A DNA stretch of 64,000 nucleotides from Eledone cirrhosa (lineage: Eukaryota): contig OZ024760.1 of assembly GCA_964016885.1 (NCBI GenBank), positions 22,878,001 to 22,942,000 of the forward strand, written 5' to 3'. The position numbers were made by a program, and so were the translations under genes. The notes under the pieces are model-generated. The model worked only from the letters and a program-made list of their open reading frames with translations. It did no database searches and had not been told where the DNA came from. Positions 28,621 to 44,520 of the stretch are shown piece by piece (positions within the stretch are counted from its first letter, which is position 1; every line of letters begins with the position of its first letter).

Positions 28621-29256
28621 TATATTTGAAAAAAGAAAAAGAATGACTTCACTTGTAGTGTTAAATAATTTGATATAATTTTATAATATTATAATATTGT
28701 TTCTATTTTGGGCACAAGGCCAGCAATTACCCAATACATTACTGGTACTTTATTTTATTGACCCCGTAAGGATGAAAGGCAAAGTTAATCTCGGCGGGAT
28801 TTGACTTAGATCATAAAGGGACGTAACTCTATACTTCAAAGCATGGTGTCCGACTCTCTACCGATACTGCCAATGATGAGTTGGTAGATCTAGACAAATG
28901 CTCCCAAACTATCCCTCCCCTCTCCTTCCACTGTCATTCCATCCCCACCAAAAGACATACATCCCACACCTCACCAAATCCCAAACACGCACCCAAATTC
29001 ATCGCCGATATAGAAACTCGTAGAAGACGTTCTTTACAAACCCAAGAGAGTTGATTCAGCCAAAAGAATGGGGATGGCATGACAGTGGAAGGAGAGAGGA
29101 GGGATAGTTTTGGAGCATTTGTCTAGATCTACCAACTCATAATATTATAATATTATAAAATTAAACCAAATTATTTAACACTACAAGTGAAGTCATTCTT
29201 TTCCTTTTTTTTTCAAATATACCTAACTGTACCCAGGATCTCACACATGTTCCAAT
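28621..29256. mobile_element. Family C inverted repeat (arms about 150 bp) with a tail; left arm interrupted by a SINE
   Basis: 28621-28698 plus 28876-28945 is the reverse complement of 29071-29220; tail 29222-29256; related end at about 55690-55775. Confidence 0.75.
28697..28873 (-). mobile_element. SINE family 1 copy
   Basis: Reverse complement of the consensus. Confidence 0.88.
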
Positions 29257-29476
29257 ATATATATAATGTAAAAGGAAATGACAAATAACAACACAATCGG
29301 TGCAGTATATGGGAGGGATATATTAGATTAATGCTTGAAATAGCAGGAAGAGGATCTTAAAGTTACAGACGCTACTGCTTCATCAGATGAAAGAATAAGA
29401 ATTATGATAGATTGAAAGGCTTCTAATTGGAAAAAATGACTTAAGATAAAACGCAACAGGTCCATTCATGTTGACA

Positions 29477-29517
<41 letters not shown>

Positions 29518-30105
29518 AGCTGGGTTTTCAATTCAGTTGAGAATATGTCATTGATGGAATCTATATCACTATTCTTTTGTAGTAATAGTAGAAGTACTAA
29601 TGAAATCAAAATGATAAATACGATAATATTAATGACATACATAGTAAATACACTGTAGTGTGAATTATATATGACATGAGCTGCTCCTCCATTTAAAGTG
29701 TGTATCATGTAGTTTTAGTTTAGGAGAAGGACACAAATTATCTCCCCTTACTAACTCTAACCCCTTCTATCACAAATATAATTTTAAAAAAAATCACAAA
29801 CAAGTTTCAGCAGCATCAACAGCAACAAAGATAATGAAGATGTACTGCAAGAAAATACTCAAGGAACTAAATATACAACAGTAATGCCGAACTGCTAAAC
29901 AATACAAGAAACAAAGAACAAAGTTATAAGAATTCGTGTAACGAGCTGCAGAGAAAACAGTTTAAAAATGGCCGCCGTTTAATAATGGCGGCTGCTAAAG
30001 TAAATCGGATTTAGAAAAGAAACCATTTGATAATGGCGTGTCTCTTTATCATCGCATTGTTATAAAATTAACTACCACTCGCTAACAATTAAACACACAC
30101 ACACA

Positions 30106-30273
<168 letters not shown>

Positions 30274-30353
30274 GTATATATACTTATATATCTGTATATA
30301 TATATATGTATATATACGTATACATATATATACATATATATATATATATACGT

Positions 30354-30397
<44 letters not shown>

Positions 30398-30429
30398 GTA
30401 TACATATATATATACATATATATATATAC

Positions 30430-30464
<35 letters not shown>

Positions 30465-30471
30465 CGTATAC

Positions 30472-30504
<33 letters not shown>

Positions 30505-30521
30505 CGTATACATATATATAC

Positions 30522-30554
<33 letters not shown>

Positions 30555-30561
30555 CGTATAC

Positions 30562-30609
<48 letters not shown>

Positions 30610-30696
30610 GTATACATATATATATACACATATATATATATATACATATATATATACGTATACATATATATATATATATATATACACATATATCTG

Positions 30697-30729
<33 letters not shown>

Positions 30730-31019
30730 ATATATATCTATCTATCTATTATATATATATATATATATATAATTATACACACACATACACACACAGAGAC
30801 ACACACACACACGCACATACACACACACACACATATATATACATATACTCTCCCACCCACATATATACATGTGTTCTACTCTACTTACGTCATTGAACAA
30901 GTAATTTCAGGCAATTTATTTTGATCTCTCTCTTCATTATATCGTTCTATTGACTTATAGTTGTTTTATTGTAGTCTATTTGTTGTTTAGACATGCATTA
31001 TGTTGTTAGTTGGTGTAGA

Positions 31020-31560
31020 TGGTGTTGTTGTTGTTGCTGTTTATTGCTGTTGTTGTTGTTAGTTGTTTGTTGTAATATGCTCTTTGCTATAGTTGCTGTT
31101 GCTGTTGTTGTTTATTGCCGTAGAAACTGTTGCTGTTGTTGTTAGTTGCCGTTGTTGTTGGTTGCTGTAGATGCTGTTGTTGTTAGTTGCTGTTGTTGTT
31201 GTTGTTGTTGTTGTTGTTTAGACAGGCATTATGTTGTTAGTTGTTGTAGATGATGTTGTTGTTGTTGTTGTAGTTGTTTTATTGTTGTTGTTCTTCACTA
31301 TTGTTGCAGTTACTGGTGGCGTTGCTGCTGTTAGGCCTGTGATGTTATTGTTAGCTGCTGTTGCTGTTGTTGTTAGTGTTGTTTTGGTTGTTAGTTGCTG
31401 CAGATGTTGTTGTTGGTGTTGTTGTTCGTTGTCTTGTAGCCTTGTTTTTGTTGTTGGTGTTTTTGTTCGTTGTCTTGTAGCTTTTGTTTTTGTTGTTGGT
31501 GTAGTTGTTCGTTGTCTTGTAGCTTTGTTTTTGTTGTTGTTGCTGCTATTTCGATGTAAT
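31020..31560. repeat. Degenerate (GTT)n repeat
   Basis: GTT/GCT runs; spurious V/T-rich ORFs. Confidence 0.9.
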
Positions 31561-31765
31561 TTTATTACTTCCATGCTAGAGTCTCTCACAATCATGGCTG
31601 TTGTATTTGTTGCTTATATTAAGCAATTTATATCACTGTAGGACTCGAGTTAATTCGGGGAATGATAGACAGAGAGAGAGATAGAGCGAAAGCGACTGAC
31701 AGAGAGAGAGAGAGAGAACAGTATATAGATATACAGGGGATGTGTGGTGAAGGTCTATAGATTTG

Positions 31766-31812
<47 letters not shown>

Positions 31813-31943
31813 GCATATACATAGACGTATATATAATGGGTGTCCTCGTACTTATTTGCATACATGCGTGCATACATTCACACAAACTCAAACTCTCACA
31901 TACGCATATATATGTATGTATGTATCCATACATACACACACAA

Positions 31944-32004
<61 letters not shown>

Positions 32005-32392
32005 AAGGTAGGTGTGTGTATGTATGCATGAATAAACATGCCCCAGTAATTACTCATTAGACTAATGAACTTAAAATGCTTACATACTTTCATTTAGTTT
32101 ATATATATATTTTACTAGAATACTAACGCCATGTTTCCTTTCATTTCAACAGATTTTTTCCCTTCTTTTCTCATTTTCTCTCTTTTTTCCTCATGTTCCC
32201 TCTTTCTCTTTCTTTCTCTCATTTTCTCTCATTTTCTCTCTTTTTCTCTCATCATGTCAAATTGTTTCATATTTGTGTCTTTATTTCATTTTATTTGTTT
32301 TCCCTTCTCTATTATTTTTTATTGTTCCTTCCAGTAATGTTACTTTATTTATTCCACCCTCTCCTTCTTCTGATTTTTCTTTGTTGCTCCTG

Positions 32393-32426
<34 letters not shown>

Positions 32427-32438
32427 AATATATATCTA

Positions 32439-32507
<69 letters not shown>

Positions 32508-32555
32508 ATCTATCTATCTATATATATATAAATATACATCTCTCCTATATATATA

Positions 32556-32589
<34 letters not shown>

Positions 32590-33002
32590 TATATATATAT
32601 ATATATATATATATATCTGTGTATCTATCTATCTATATATAAACATATACCTACCTATAAATATCTACCTATATATATATCTGTATCTATCTATCTATAT
32701 GTATGTATCTATTCATCTGTCTATATATCTATATATCTATTCATATATATATATATATTCATCTGCCTATCTATCTATCTAAATATATTCCCTTTGATCT
32801 CTATGTAACCATTGTTTCCTATGTATTATTTATATACAATCGATAAAATAAAGTACCAGTAATGCACTGGTTAATGCTGGCCTTGTGCCTAACGTAGAAA
32901 CAATTATTTATATACAAACCATTCTCTCCATCTCTCTATATGTATATATATATATATATATATGGTCAAACCATCTATACCCTTATCCTTTCCCCTATTG
33001 AA

Positions 33003-33077
33003 CTATCTATCTGTCAATCTATTTATCTCTCTATCTATCTATCTATGTATCTATCTATCTATCTATCTATCTATCTC

Positions 33078-33170
<93 letters not shown>

Positions 33171-33171
33171 G

Positions 33172-33212
<41 letters not shown>
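33003..33212. repeat. (TATC)n microsatellite
   Basis: Long tetranucleotide run. Confidence 0.97.
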
Positions 33213-33214
<2 letters not shown>

Positions 33215-33544
33215 ATGAAAGATGGGTGAAAGTGGCGAGAATGGCCCGTGTGAATGGGCCTTCACTCTACATCAGACTATAGGTGAAGAAGATGAAAGAC
33301 CAGGGAGCACCCCTTCTCTGTGCTCCTGAGGAGAAGGGTTGCACCCTTTTTTTCGGGGGTGTGTGCGACCCCCCAAGGCGCCTCCTCTCTATTGAGGATT
33401 TTGTTGTACATTTTATTTTGTTATATTTTATTTTAATTTTATATTTTGTTATTGCCTCCTCCTTATTGAGGACGCCTTGTTATGTAAACTCCCCCATTGT
33501 ACTTGTCCCACTTTTTGATGCCCTAGTGGCAAATAAAAAGAAAA
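33215..33544 (+). mobile_element. Probable LINE (L1/Tx1-like) 3' end
   Basis: Short C-terminal-like peptide ERWVKVARMARVNGPSLYIRL*, GC-richer UTR-like segment, AATAAA and A-rich end; TATC repeats on both flanks. Confidence 0.4.
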
Positions 33545-33553
33545 TTATCTATC

Positions 33554-33606
<53 letters not shown>

Positions 33607-34189
33607 GTATACATCTACCTATCCATCTATACGTCTGACCGTCTGCTCGTGCTTCCGTCCGTCCGTCTATTTACTTCTTTATAGGTCCCCCCTTCTTTCT
33701 TACATTCACCTTTTCTTCTCTCTTTCTCTCATGTTTTCCATTAGTGCTTTATATTTGTATTTCTCCCCCCCCCCCCACCCTGTTATATTCCTCCCTTTGT
33801 TTCATGTTCACTATACCTCTAAATATTTATATGTTGTTCTCTATAACCCACCTTCCATATTATTATCTATTCTCTCGTTTATTTGCTCTTTACTCTGGCT
33901 CAGACAATTTCATTGTCTACATTTGCTGATTTTCTGCAGAATATTAAACTTGCGATACTTTCAAAGTCTTCTTGGCTTAATTATTAATACGTTTCATACT
34001 GTAATGGCGGCCATCTCTTGTACTGCAAAGTCACGCATTAAAAAATATGATCACTGCAATAAAAATACCAATAACAATATGATATTTAATAACAAATATA
34101 ATACAAACATGTCGGAGAATTGTCGACCTTATGGATAATTAAATCTTATATTGCTAATAATAATAAAAATAATAATAATATTAATTTCG

Positions 34190-35023
34190 ACTATAGGCAC
34201 AAGGCCAACAATTGATGTGGAGAGAGGGGAAAGTCGGTTAAATCGAACCAGTGTATTACTGGTACTTTATTTTATCGACCCCGTAAGGATGAAAGGCAAA
34301 GTTAACCTCAGCGGGATTTGAACTCAGACCGTAAAGGGCCAGAACTATGGTGCAAATCATGGTGTTTGACGCACTACCGATACTGCCAAACCACCGCCAT
34401 TATGATAATAATAATAATAATAATAATAATTGTTTCTACTTTAGGCACAAGGCCAGCAATTACCCAGTACATTACTGGTACTTTATTTTATCGAACCCGT
34501 AAGGATGAAAGGTAAAGTTAACCTCGGTGGGATTTGAACTCAGACTGTAAAGGGACGTAACTGTGCTAGAGAGCATGGCGTCCAACCCTCTACCGATACT
34601 GCCAATATAGGCACAAGGCCAGCGATTGTGGTGGAGGGTAAAGTCGATTCAATCGACCCAGTGCATTACTGGTACTTTATTTTATCGATCCCGTAAGGAT
34701 GAAAGGCAAAGTTAACCTCGGCCGGATTTGAACACAGACGATAAAGGGCCATAACTCTACGTTCCAAAGCATGGCTTTCGATCCTCTACCGATACTGTCA
34801 AACCACCGCACTTATAATAATAATAATAATAATAATAATAATTGTTTCTACTTTTGGCACAAGGCCAGCAATTATCCCAGTGGATTACTGGTACTTTATT
34901 TTATCGTCCCCGTAAAGATGAAAGGCAAAGTTAACCTCGCGGGGATTTGAACTCAGAATGGCAAGAGCCGCAACTCCATGCTGGAAAGCATGGCATCCGA
35001 CCCTTTACCGATACTGCCAATCC
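34190..35023 (-). mobile_element. Cluster of four head-to-tail SINE family 1 copies separated by (TAA)n
   Basis: Copies at about 34190-34400, 34430-34605, 34606-34810 and 34842-35023; long and short 3' variants alternate. Confidence 0.88.
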
Positions 35024-35879
35024 ATAATAATAATAATAATAATGATAATAAAAATCCTTATAATCATTATAAGAGATTTTCCGCGCAACATTCTAATAAA
35101 GAAAGTCACTGTAGTCGCTATAATATCATTTAGTATTATCGCCTTCCACCTCTGACTTCTATGTTAAAAATCAAAATGCTGTTTGTTGATTGTGTCGACA
35201 TAAGATGGCGGCCGTAAACCATATTTTATATTGCAATAACCAGGAATATTTGTTGAAAGCCTATCATTCAATTGAGACAATTTATTGCAAAATCTGCAAT
35301 GATTTCTGTATGAAGGGTGAAGAAATTATTAACGAGATACGTTATAGGACATCGTATAGATAACGGTACTGGAATTAAGGAAGTCAGAATATATGTAAGT
35401 GTCGAAAATATGGAAGTATCTTTGAGAATATATAGGAAAAAGATGAATAAAGACAGCAATGAATAAAATGAGAGTGTAACAATAGAATAAAGATATTGTA
35501 TCAGAGACGTAGATCAGTGGACGAGACAACGGAAATGAAATCTAAAATTAAAGGATGAATCTATTAAAGTATTAGTAAGAGTATTACTAACTAGTATTAA
35601 GTTTCAGGGTTAATACATTGATGTTTCGTGGACGGGGACGTCTCTCCGTAACGATACGTTGCATTGGAGTGAGCCTCCATCCCGTAGTACGGCATATTGG
35701 GTAAGAGTCTTCGAATACAGACTCACCATATTAACACTTACACGTATAAACACATTAACACACACAAACCCACACCCACACGCACATACACACACACAAA
35801 CACACACATATGTATATATATAAATATATATATATATATATAATATAGATATATATATAAGAAAAAGTATATATATATA

Positions 35880-35969
35880 TAGGGGAAAAAATATTTCCCT
35901 CTCTACTACCCTAAGTATTGAGTACTCTGGTGCGTTATGGTCCATCTGGTTCCTTACCACAATTCCTTT

Positions 35970-35972
<3 letters not shown>
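35880..35972 (+). mobile_element. Family B tail remnant
   Basis: CTCTACTACCCTAAGTATTGAGTACTCTGGTGCG...CCACAATTCCTTTGTT within (TA)n. Confidence 0.75.
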
Positions 35973-36021
<49 letters not shown>

Positions 36022-36026
<5 letters not shown>

Positions 36027-36387
36027 AAAGAATAGAGGTGTAACACACAAGTTATTATATATTGGTAAACGGAATAGAAAATGCTGACAAATTGTTCACA
36101 GTTGAAAAATGGTTTAATTAGGAATAAAAGAGTATTAGTAATTGTATGGGTTAGTATTCAGTTGTGGTTTTAAGTTTTTAAGTTTTTAGAGCAAACAGCA
36201 CGGACACTCTATCTCAAAATTATTTTTGAAAAGCATTTAGAAATGCGAAACCGGTAAAAACTTAAAAACTTAAAACCACAACTGAATACTAACCCATACA
36301 ATTACTAATACTCTTTTATTCCTAATTAAACCATTTTTCAACTGTGAACAATTTGTCAGCATTTTCTATTCCGTTTACCAATATATA
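36022..36387. mobile_element. Family J: perfect inverted repeat (arms about 133 bp) with a degenerate HHR in the spacer and a tail on the left arm
   Basis: 36056-36188 is the reverse complement of 36255-36387; spacer TTT TTGAAAA GCATTT AG AAATGC GAAA CCGG TA AAA. Confidence 0.75.
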
Positions 36388-36455
36388 TATATATATATAT
36401 AATTATAATAAAATGACAGGAGGCTGGACTTGTGTAAATCATTGACAGGTTTATT

Positions 36456-36513
36456 ATACTATGATCATTTCAATGACCGGGTTCCGTATGAATCCGGTGA
36501 TATCATCAGGTAT
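36456..36513 (-). ncRNA. Type I hammerhead ribozyme motif (family H)
   Basis: Minus strand ATAC CTGATGA tatc ACCGG-ATTCATACGGAAC-CCGGT catt GAAA TGATCA TA GTAT; palindromic stem III, AUA triplet; two mismatches at the base of stem II. Confidence 0.65.
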
Positions 36514-36632
36514 TCGAAATATAATTTCGTTTCATTTTTTCCGTTTATATATATACATATATAAACGGAAAAAATGAAACGAAATTTCATTTCTCACTCT
36601 TAGTACGGCTGTTACTTAAATATAAGTATATA

Positions 36633-36708
<76 letters not shown>

Positions 36709-36712
<4 letters not shown>

Positions 36713-36901
36713 AAAAGAGTCATTTCCTGAGCTCCGGCTGTTTCGACAGCTAGATCCAAACGGTTTAGGATCTAGCTGACGAAACAACTGGAGCTCAGCC
36801 GTCAGGATTCTGACTCCTTTCCTAATACCCACTCTACTACCCTAAGTATCGAGTACTCTGGTGTGTTATGGTCCAACTGGTATCTTACAACACTTTCTTT
36901 G

Positions 36902-36904
<3 letters not shown>
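36709..36904. mobile_element. Family B inverted mini-insertion with tail
   Basis: GAGCTCCGGCTGTTTCGACAGCTAGATCC / GGATCTAGCTGACGAAACAACTGGAGCTC, then a tail of about 78 nt. Confidence 0.75.
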
Positions 36905-36987
<83 letters not shown>

Positions 36988-37592
36988 TATGTGTGTGTGT
37001 GTGTTTGTGTGTTGCCAAATCTGTCCGAAATCCTGTCGTACTATTTCTGGACCTAAAGACCGTTTACATGCTCATGGTCTTAAGGTTTCGGGCGCTAGAA
37101 GATAGATTCAGAGGACGGGCGGGTTGGAACTGGAAAAAAAATGTCTTTAGATTAAAATAACAGGTCCATTCATGTTGACACTTCTTGCAAAACCATTGGT
37201 GCTGGCGTTTTGTGTTTGATTTATGTTTTTAGAAAAGTGGATGATGGAGCGCGTCTACTTGAAATGGAACATCTCTAGTACCTTGCTCTATTTAGCACAG
37301 AATGAGCTGAATATAGCAAGGTACTGGATATATCCGTACACAATCAGAGACGAGCTTACATACTGAGGCATATCTAAGGTGCTTCCAATTCGAGAGTCAG
37401 GTTCTATCAATAATAGATCGTTCCTCGAGCTGATCAACAGTGAAACATATGTAATATGTTATTAAAGATGCTATGATGCAACAATGAGGCTTTGTTCTTT
37501 TATACGTATACTATTATACTCTGCTCTGCACGAGCATCGAGTGCTCACCCGGCATACCACCTACAGACGATATTATCTTGCGCCTATACACC

Positions 37593-37623
<31 letters not shown>

Positions 37624-38594
37624 TTATAAATATAAATTTAGCGAGAATCGCATTTCGGCGGGTAGAAAAAGCGAAACGTAACGCAAATTCACAGCCATGC
37701 TGGCAAGCGCTCCAAAGTTAAAAAAAAAACAGAGCTATAAACATATTATAAACGCCATACAAACTAAGAAGGTGGTCAAGAATGCATTAAACACCTAAGC
37801 CAAAAAACAAGTCAAACTAAACAGGTCAGACAAAATAAAAGATAAAATCATACATATATATATATATATATTTACGGACAAAATAAGTGTTGTATAAATG
37901 ATTAATACGTCAAAAAACAAAGGAAAACTTCGTGAAAATATCTCAGTGTGTATATACAAATCAATTTTAACAAAATTGTGTGGATGTTATGGTTGTATGG
38001 TTATTTGTTTCCGTCTATATATGTTTATGTGAAAATATACATACGTGTTTTAGCTATATGTATGTAGATATTCCTGTAGTTAGCAATATTTCGAAAATTG
38101 AGTGTAACTAAAACATACATCAAATATTAGATAAATATAAAAGCATTTCATAAGGTTGAAGAAAGCAAACGAACATAGAAATATTATATGAACTGATGTT
38201 ATACAATTTCATTGTAATATTTACTTGGAAATTATTATGGAAGAGAAGGGAATTCCGATATGTAATATTCCTATATATTTGATACAAAACTTATTTCTAC
38301 ATTTGCAAAATATATGACTTCGCTATATTTTCATGATAGTATAAGTACCGACAATACATATGGGAAAGCTCAGCGAAGTAGCGACAAATCATATATGTAA
38401 TATATATATGTGTATATATTTATATACACAAAGCGTACGAAAATCGTTGATATTGATTCATCGACCTCCGGGAATGACTCACCCACTCAATGAATCTATA
38501 ATATTTCAGTAATGAAACTGCATCCCGTTGTTCAGAGTGCACACATCTTACTTAATTGGAAGTGCAGTTGCAGTGGTGTTTTGGTACATATACG

Positions 38595-38678
<84 letters not shown>

Positions 38679-38679
38679 T

Positions 38680-39280
38680 TATTAAAATAACAGATTAAAG
38701 TTTAAGCAAAGAATCGCTGCTTTCACCCTTAACGGGATCTTCTGAAACTAAAAAATCAATCTGTAAACGCAGAAGTAAGTATTTCGAAAAACGTTGCAAC
38801 CGAAGGAAGACAGGAAGACAATACTTTGGTTTGTGGAGACGTTCCCTGGCAAAGAACGGAAACAAGCGAGGATAATACGTCATTATTTTGACCGTTGAGA
38901 ACAATTACACGCAAAGACAAAACCACGTTTATGGTATAAATGAAGTCGTAGACTAATATTCTATTAGGTGGTTTGTGGAGATGTTCCCTGGCAATAATAA
39001 AATATCCCGTTAAGGGTGAATGCAGCGATTCTTTGCTTAAACTTTTATTTGTTCTTTTAATAAATATTTGCACTACGGTTCTTATATATTTGATATATAT
39101 TTATCGGACCTTCTTTAATTTTAGTCTTCAAATTATTAATACTATATATATGTATATATATATATATATATATACATATACATTTAAAATATATTTGCTC
39201 TGTTTTTTTATGTTTTATATATATTTATCCTTATCGAGCCCTCTTTGGATTTTAGTCTTCACATTTATTATTATTACTAT
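38680..39280. mobile_element. Family G inverted repeat with tail
   Basis: 38680-38740 is the reverse complement of about 39004-39066; tail 39066-39142 is repeated at about 39190-39278; homolog at 58185-58330. Confidence 0.65.
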
Positions 39281-39635
39281 ATATATATATTCGTGGGTTC
39301 TGCTTGTCTCTCAGTTTTCCAAGAGATGCCAACATGAATGGACCTGTTATTTTTCTTTAAAATCATTTTTTCCAATTCCACCCCGCCTGTCACTGCAATC
39401 TTTCTAATTTCTCATGCTTTTTACTGCTGAAGGACTAGCGTCCGAAACGTTAAGACCCCGTTCCTGCTATTTTACTCGTTAACCTTATATAGTTCTTTCA
39501 TATACTGTAACGATTGTGTTGTTATTTCTGTTTACTTTTCACACACACACACACACACATGTATTAAATACGTAAATGGGTAATACATGAATATATATAT
39601 ATGTGGGATACACCCACACACAAATAATGTGTGTC

Positions 39636-39681
<46 letters not shown>

Positions 39682-39684
<3 letters not shown>

Positions 39685-39995
39685 CGTAGGAATTGTGGTA
39701 AGGAACCAGATGGACCATAATGCACTGGAGTACTCAATACTTAGGGTAGTAGAGTGGGTAATACGAACATATTTGACCCCGACGGCAGAACTGAAGCCAT
39801 TTCGACGGCTATTTCTGCTGGACTCCCCGACGGCAGAGCTCAATCCGTTTCGACGGCTATTTCTGGACAATGTTAGAATTTATATAAATTTAATAAATAG
39901 CCCTATTTATTTACCACGCTAAAAATTCTAATTTAGTCCAGAAATCGCCGTCGAAACGGCTTGAGCTTTGCCGTCGGCGTCAAATATTTTCCCAT
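39682..39995. mobile_element. Family B inverted insertion with tail and an internal direct duplication
   Basis: Inverted tail, two copies of CCCCGACGGCAGA...TTTCGACGGCTATTTCTG, then the sense GTCCAGAAATCGCCGTCGAAACGGCTTGAGC. Confidence 0.8.
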
Positions 39996-40084
39996 ATATA
40001 TATATATTTATTTTGTTTTACATTGGGAGGGTCATGTTGCTAATAAGAATCTTGCTAAACAAATTCAGAATAGAAATATATATT

Positions 40085-40197
<113 letters not shown>

Positions 40198-40581
40198 TTA
40201 TATATATATATATATACTTATAGAATGTGTGTTTGTGTATCTGCCCACATGTATACAATTGAAAGGTTTCTGAAAATGTGACCACAGCGTTCTAGAAAGT
40301 ACGTATTTCGATGCATTCATTCACAATAACATACACAGGCACACACACACACCCACATATATATTTATAGATACATGCACACACAATCGCTTGCAGATAT
40401 ATATACTCATATCCACACATGATATCTATGTTTGTTGCTGATTATTTCCCGCCATTTACTTATGTATTGAATGTTGGACATTTAACTTGCCAGTATCGCG
40501 TTCGTGATATCTTATCCCGAGCAATTTATTGAAATGTGTCACTTGCCCCCCACCTGCATCTCCCCACATTTTATGTATATA

Positions 40582-40952
<371 letters not shown>

Positions 40953-40953
40953 G

Positions 40954-41019
<66 letters not shown>

Positions 41020-41020
41020 C

Positions 41021-41188
<168 letters not shown>

Positions 41189-41195
41189 CATATAA

Positions 41196-41315
<120 letters not shown>

Positions 41316-41334
41316 CTACTTAAATAAATATTTA

Positions 41335-41373
<39 letters not shown>

Positions 41374-41475
41374 CTACTTAAATAAATATTTAGACATATA
41401 TATGTATATATATATATACACATGCATATTTATATATACATGCATATACATGCACATATATATCTATACATGTAT

Positions 41476-41552
<77 letters not shown>

Positions 41553-41646
41553 TGTTTCTCCCGGATTCAATCGGGGGTAAACACAGTAAGTGAGGTACTC
41601 AATACATAGCAGAGTATATATAGTCCCGTAGAAGCCATTTCTATAC

Positions 41647-42163
<517 letters not shown>

Positions 42164-42164
42164 C

Positions 42165-42470
42165 TATGATTTATTGTTTTTCTGTCACACAAAAACAAGA
42201 TGATGGAAGACAGAACAAATGTGTGACACATAATAATAACGAAGTCACTGAGGAGGTTACAGAATGTGTGATGGAAGAGCTTATAATATATAAACAATCA
42301 TCCGGTTATCAAACCAACCAACCAAGTGGCAATTTATAATAGATTTAAGTGAAAACCAACAGATGCGGGTGTTGTTATGGGGCAGCATGACCTACTCAAC
42401 GTGTAATAGTATCTGTTTCAACACATGCTTTCAGATAAGATTCTTGCAAAACAAATAAAACAAATGAAGT
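42165..42470 (+). mobile_element. Diverged family A 3' end with tail
   Basis: GTCACTGAGGAGGTTACAGAATGTGTGATGGAAG...GTTTCAACACATGCTTTCAGATAAGATTCTTGC. Confidence 0.7.
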
Positions 42471-42495
42471 ATATCTATATATATATACATAAATA

Positions 42496-42594
<99 letters not shown>

Positions 42595-42654
42595 ACATAT
42601 ATATATATATGTACATATATATATAATATATATATATAATATATATATATATAT

Positions 42655-42890
42655 ATTATACTTTGGGAGAGTCATGTTGCCAATAAGAAACACACGTACC
42701 AGTTGCTTTCACTGCAATTTATAATAAATTAAATCATAAATTTAGAAATTTTCGGTTGGTTGGTTGGTTCCACAACCGGACTGTTGTTCCTATATTGTCA
42801 GAGTTCTTTCGTCACACATTCTGTGACCTGTTCAGTGACTGGATATTCTTTTTTTTTCCTAAAGAATCTTGCTAATCAAATTCAGATACG

Positions 42891-42892
<2 letters not shown>
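42655..42892 (-). mobile_element. Family A 3' end with HHR (42797-42839, core CUGAACA) and an inverted tail fragment
   Basis: Aligns to 44521-44720. Confidence 0.8.
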
Positions 42893-42949
<57 letters not shown>

Positions 42950-43254
42950 TATATATGTATATATACATATATGCGTATACATATAAATATATATATATGT
43001 ATATACACCTATATACGTATACATATGCATCCATATATGTATATATACATATATAAGTATACATACATATCCATATATGTATATATACATATATACGTAT
43101 ACATATACACGTATACATATATGCATATGTATATATATACATATATACGTATACATATATGCATATGTATTTATATATATATGCATAAACATATATATAC
43201 ATATATGTACATATATATATGTATATATATGTACATACGTATACATATATATTC

Positions 43255-43296
<42 letters not shown>

Positions 43297-43318
43297 GTAT
43301 ACATATATATAGACGTAC

Positions 43319-43374
<56 letters not shown>

Positions 43375-43975
43375 TACCGTGCCGATAAAATAAAGGAGCA
43401 GTAATGCAGTGGGTTGATTTAATCGAATTTGCACTCTCCTTCCCCATCAGAAACCATTATAATAAAATGTAATTATTAGCATTTCGGGCCACCATCCCTC
43501 CGTCCACGCAACGTAAAATAGTTATTTTTCCGCTGAATAACTTTATTGAAATTTAAATATATAAATATATAAATACTACCTCATACACAAGAAGCAAAGC
43601 TGACATAGCTACACAAATATCTAATCACACACCTAAATCTGTATCTTTAATCTTCCTTCTATTTATTACTCAAAATTATATAAGTCAAACTTATCTAATC
43701 TTTCATACGGCAAGCAACAAAAATTCATGTTTTATAAGTCAAACTTAGCTCTTTCTCATAATCACATATTCAATCGAACGAAAACAAGATGCAAAGAAAA
43801 AATGGAGAAAAATATTTTTAAAATAACAAGGAATTCACCCAACAACAAAACCATGTAAATCTTTTTAAATCTTCTTATATATTATGAATTTAAAATTGAA
43901 CCGTATGCCCTTTAATACTATATTAACAAGAGAATATGTTTAGGACTTTCGTATGTATATGTATAGGTATAGAAA

Positions 43976-44042
<67 letters not shown>

Positions 44043-44520
44043 AGAGATGTATATGTGTGTGTGTGAGAGATGTATATGTGTGTGTGTGAGAGTTGTATAT
44101 ATATATATATAGTACTATATATATATATATATAGTAATATATATATATATATATATAAATATATTTATTAAATTTATTATTATTACTATATATATATATA
44201 TTACTATATATATATTACTTTATATAAATATTATTATATTTATATATATATATTACTATATATATATATATTACTATATTTATATATATATTACTATATA
44301 TATATGTATATTACTTTATTTATATATATATATTACTATATTTATATATATATATTACTATATATATATTACTATATTTATATATATATTACTATATATA
44401 TATATATTACTATATTTATATATATATTACTATATATATTACTATATATATATATATATATATATATTACTATAGATATATGACCCTCCCAAAGTATAAC
44501 AATATATATATATACATATA

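Noticed and set aside
29466-29708. 80-aa ORF with a hydrophobic stretch
   Set aside because: AT-rich, runs into (TA)n, no recognisable motif.
35608-35700. 93-nt AG..GT candidate exon
   Set aside because: Open in only one frame, peptide unrecognised; plausible by chance.
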